IMG/VR virus record: IMGVR_UViG_3300012981_000004
Coordinates: 9,131-73,130 of that record
DNA: 64,000 nt
Source of the DNA: a virus
Reading direction: 5' to 3' (one strand)
Shown piece by piece: positions 62,100 through 64,000 of this stretch. The notes below the pieces were generated by a model. It was not told the origin of the DNA. It searched no databases and saw nothing but the letters and a program-made list of their open reading frames with translations. The position numbers and the translations under genes are program-made. Within the stretch, counting starts at the first letter, position 1; every line of letters starts with the position of its first letter.

Positions 62100-63019
62100 T
62101 ACGCGGCCTCCTTCTTCCTCATCGACGGTGGTAGGTACTTCGCGCGCGGCTTGCCCTCGCCGTTCAGCACGCGCAGGTACTTGTCGGTCTCGCACATGAC
62201 GTTGGGCACGTCCGAGAAGTCCATCTCCACGCCGGAGTCCGCGACCAGGCGCGGGTGGAGGGCGCGCAGCTCGCGCAGGGCCACGTGCTGGTCGGGCTTG
62301 GCCTTGAGGTCGCGGCCCGCGAGCCTGTTCAACCCCCTGACCGTGCCGGGCCCGGCGGCGGCCCAGCGATCGCGGTCCTCGGCCGCATCGAGCAGGGGGG
62401 TGAACCGCATGTCTACGACGGCCTGGTACGCCATGAAATCGCCCCAGCCGTCGTACTGCTTGAGACGGGCGTGGACCTCCTCCAGGCGCGGCCGCCTGGC
62501 GATGTAGTCGCCGCGCTCGTCGCAGGCCCCGAACAGCAGCTCGATGCGCGCCCTATCCCGCCAGAGGTTGCCCAGCGTCCTCTCGGCGACGTGCTTCGCC
62601 TTCCTGGCGCCCTTGACGGACGGCGCCGTGATGATGTAGGCGCCCGTGAATGTCTTATCGCCGCGGTCCGCCCTGGCCTGCAGAACGTGGCCCATGTCCG
62701 TCGGGTCGAAGCTCCTGTTGTCGTACCAGGCCCGAAGCTCGATAAGCTCGGCGATGGCGTCGGGCCAGTTGATCTGCCGGCACGCGCAGAGCATCAGCCA
62801 CAGCAGCGGGTGGCCGGCGAACCTCTCGCGCACGTTCTCCTTGATCCACCGCGTCACGCGGTCGTCCTCGCGGCGCACGTTGCAGAAGCTGTACTCGCGG
62901 ATCACCGGATCGTCCGACAGCGCGTCGTCGTCGGCGAGCCGGGCCACCCGGACGGCCTCCCGGCTCTTGATCCACCTCACGCAGAGGTCGTACGGTCTCA
63001 TGCTGCTCTCCATCATCAC
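62099..63019 (-). CDS. aGPT-Pplase1 / 5-hmdU DNA kinase helical-domain-like protein
   Basis: DDPVIREYSFCNVRREDDRVT, RQINWP, FTGAY, GWGDFMAYQ..D, AGPGTVRGLNRL, MCETDKYLR. Confidence 0.8.
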   Translation of the reverse strand: MMMESSMRPYDLCVRWIKSREAVRVARLADDDALSDDPVIREYSFCNVRREDDRVTRWIKENVRERFAGHPLLWLMLCACRQINWPDAIAELIELRAWYDNRSFDPTDMGHVLQARADRGDKTFTGAYIITAPSVKGARKAKHVAERTLGNLWRDRARIELLFGACDERGDYIARRPRLEEVHARLKQYDGWGDFMAYQAVVDMRFTPLLDAAEDRDRWAAAGPGTVRGLNRLAGRDLKAKPDQHVALRELRALHPRLVADSGVEMDFSDVPNVMCETDKYLRVLNGEGKPRAKYLPPSMRKKEAA

Positions 63020-63999
63020 ATCTCCTCCGCCGGCTTAACCGGCACGTCGAAGTCGGCCGTCTGACGCGAGAAGGCCGGCACGCTCCAGAAGTTGGTGCCC
63101 TTGCCCTTGAGCGTCCGGAAGTGGTGGTCCAGGCCCTCACGGCGTAGCCACGCATAGACCGAGCGCGTCGTGACGCCCGGCACGCGCTGCTGCTGCAGGT
63201 ACGCCAGGAAGTCGGTTGATCGGAAGTAGACGCGGCCCTCGGCGTCGTCCGTGTAGGGCCGGCCCATAAGCAGCTCGTCGATGTTCCTGCCCGACGCGCG
63301 GCTCGTGCAGAAGGCCTGGAGGTGTGCCATCCACTGGCCCTCCGTCGTAGCGTCCTCGGGCACCTCAACGATCTCCACGTCGGCCAGGCGTTCCTTCACG
63401 ATGCGCTGCCACGCCGGCGCCTTCATCATGTTGGGCCACACGTTGAGGTAGCGAACGGCGACCTTGTTAAAGGCCCGCTGGTTCATAAGCTCCTCCTCGG
63501 TGATCTCGATGCGGGCGCCGTTGACGTCCCATATCCAGACCGGAGGATCGGTCATAACCTTGACGAGCGGCCCCAGCACGACGCCCGGGTCAGTGGCGCC
63601 CCTGCCCACGCCGTGCTCGCGTCCTATGCAGACCTGGCGGTTGCAGACGTCACAGATGGGCTGGTCCTTGCACTTGTAAGAGTAATCCTTCTTCCCGACC
63701 GAACGCGCCGTGTCGGCCATCTCCTTCGGGTCGAGCGGCGGCTGCATGAACCGCTCGTTATAGGCGGGCAGGCGATCGGCCCAGCTCTCGCCGTAGCGGC
63801 GCTTGAGGTAGACCGCCACGTTAAACAGGGCGTTGTTGCGCGAACCCTCGGGGAAGCCCCGCCTGGCGAGAGCTTCGAGGCACGGCGGGCTCTCCTCGAA
63901 CAGGTCGCCCGAGACTTCATCCTCCGGCAGGATGAAACCCTCCAGCTCCGACACCGTGACAGCGCGCTGGTCCGCCAGGTCGAGGAAGGCCGCGAGCTT
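63016..63999 (-). CDS. Primase/polymerase C-terminal region (5' end beyond the window)
   Basis: PPCL..EGSRNNALFN (PriCT-like), Y.YKC.DQPI..C; frame is open to the window edge. Confidence 0.8.
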   Translation of the reverse strand, partial: KLAAFLDLADQRAVTVSELEGFILPEDEVSGDLFEESPPCLEALARRGFPEGSRNNALFNVAVYLKRRYGESWADRLPAYNERFMQPPLDPKEMADTARSVGKKDYSYKCKDQPICDVCNRQVCIGREHGVGRGATDPGVVLGPLVKVMTDPPVWIWDVNGARIEITEEELMNQRAFNKVAVRYLNVWPNMMKAPAWQRIVKERLADVEIVEVPEDATTEGQWMAHLQAFCTSRASGRNIDELLMGRPYTDDAEGRVYFRSTDFLAYLQQQRVPGVTTRSVYAWLRREGLDHHFRTLKGKGTNFWSVPAFSRQTADFDVPVKPAEEM

Positions 64000-64000
64000 G

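Noticed and set aside
1-64000. tRNA genes, integrase/att sites, CRISPR array, terminase
   Set aside because: None recognised. The intergenic spaces examined lack cloverleaf or TTCGA patterns, and the terminase probably lies upstream of the truncated portal.

Overview
The whole window is a high-GC tailed-phage genome segment with two convergent arms. No integrase, tRNA or CRISPR array was seen. The + arm (1-29227) is a contractile-tail (myovirus-type) virion module: portal (5'-truncated), head morphogenesis protein, Nudix-DUF2213 protease, scaffold, cement, major capsid, neck, sheath, tube, tail chaperone with a -1 frameshift, tape measure with lysozyme domain, baseplate, two tail fibres, an SGNH esterase and lysis genes. 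The - arm (29610-64000) holds early, replication and nucleotide-metabolism genes: two SF1 helicases, NADAR, a Toprim protein, resolvase, DEDDh exonuclease, PolA, ThyX, an HNH-dCMP deaminase fusion, a ThyA-like enzyme, dNMP kinase, two MazG-type enzymes, an 883-aa ADP-ribosyltransferase, a C5 methyltransferase, intein-split class II RNR, an aGPT-Pplase1/5-hmdU-DNA-kinase-like protein and a truncated primase. Highlights: (1) a probable base-hypermodification pathway built on a ThyA homologue with the dCMP-type Asp, alongside ThyX and an hm-base DNA kinase-like gene; (2) an ADP-ribose write/erase set (ART, NADAR, Nudix on the prohead protease) with putative A-x-D maturation sites; (3) two small domains each shared between an effector enzyme and a separate stand-alone gene; (4) a duplicated leader hairpin with compensatory changes. 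Family names come from motif recognition by eye; no database search was run.
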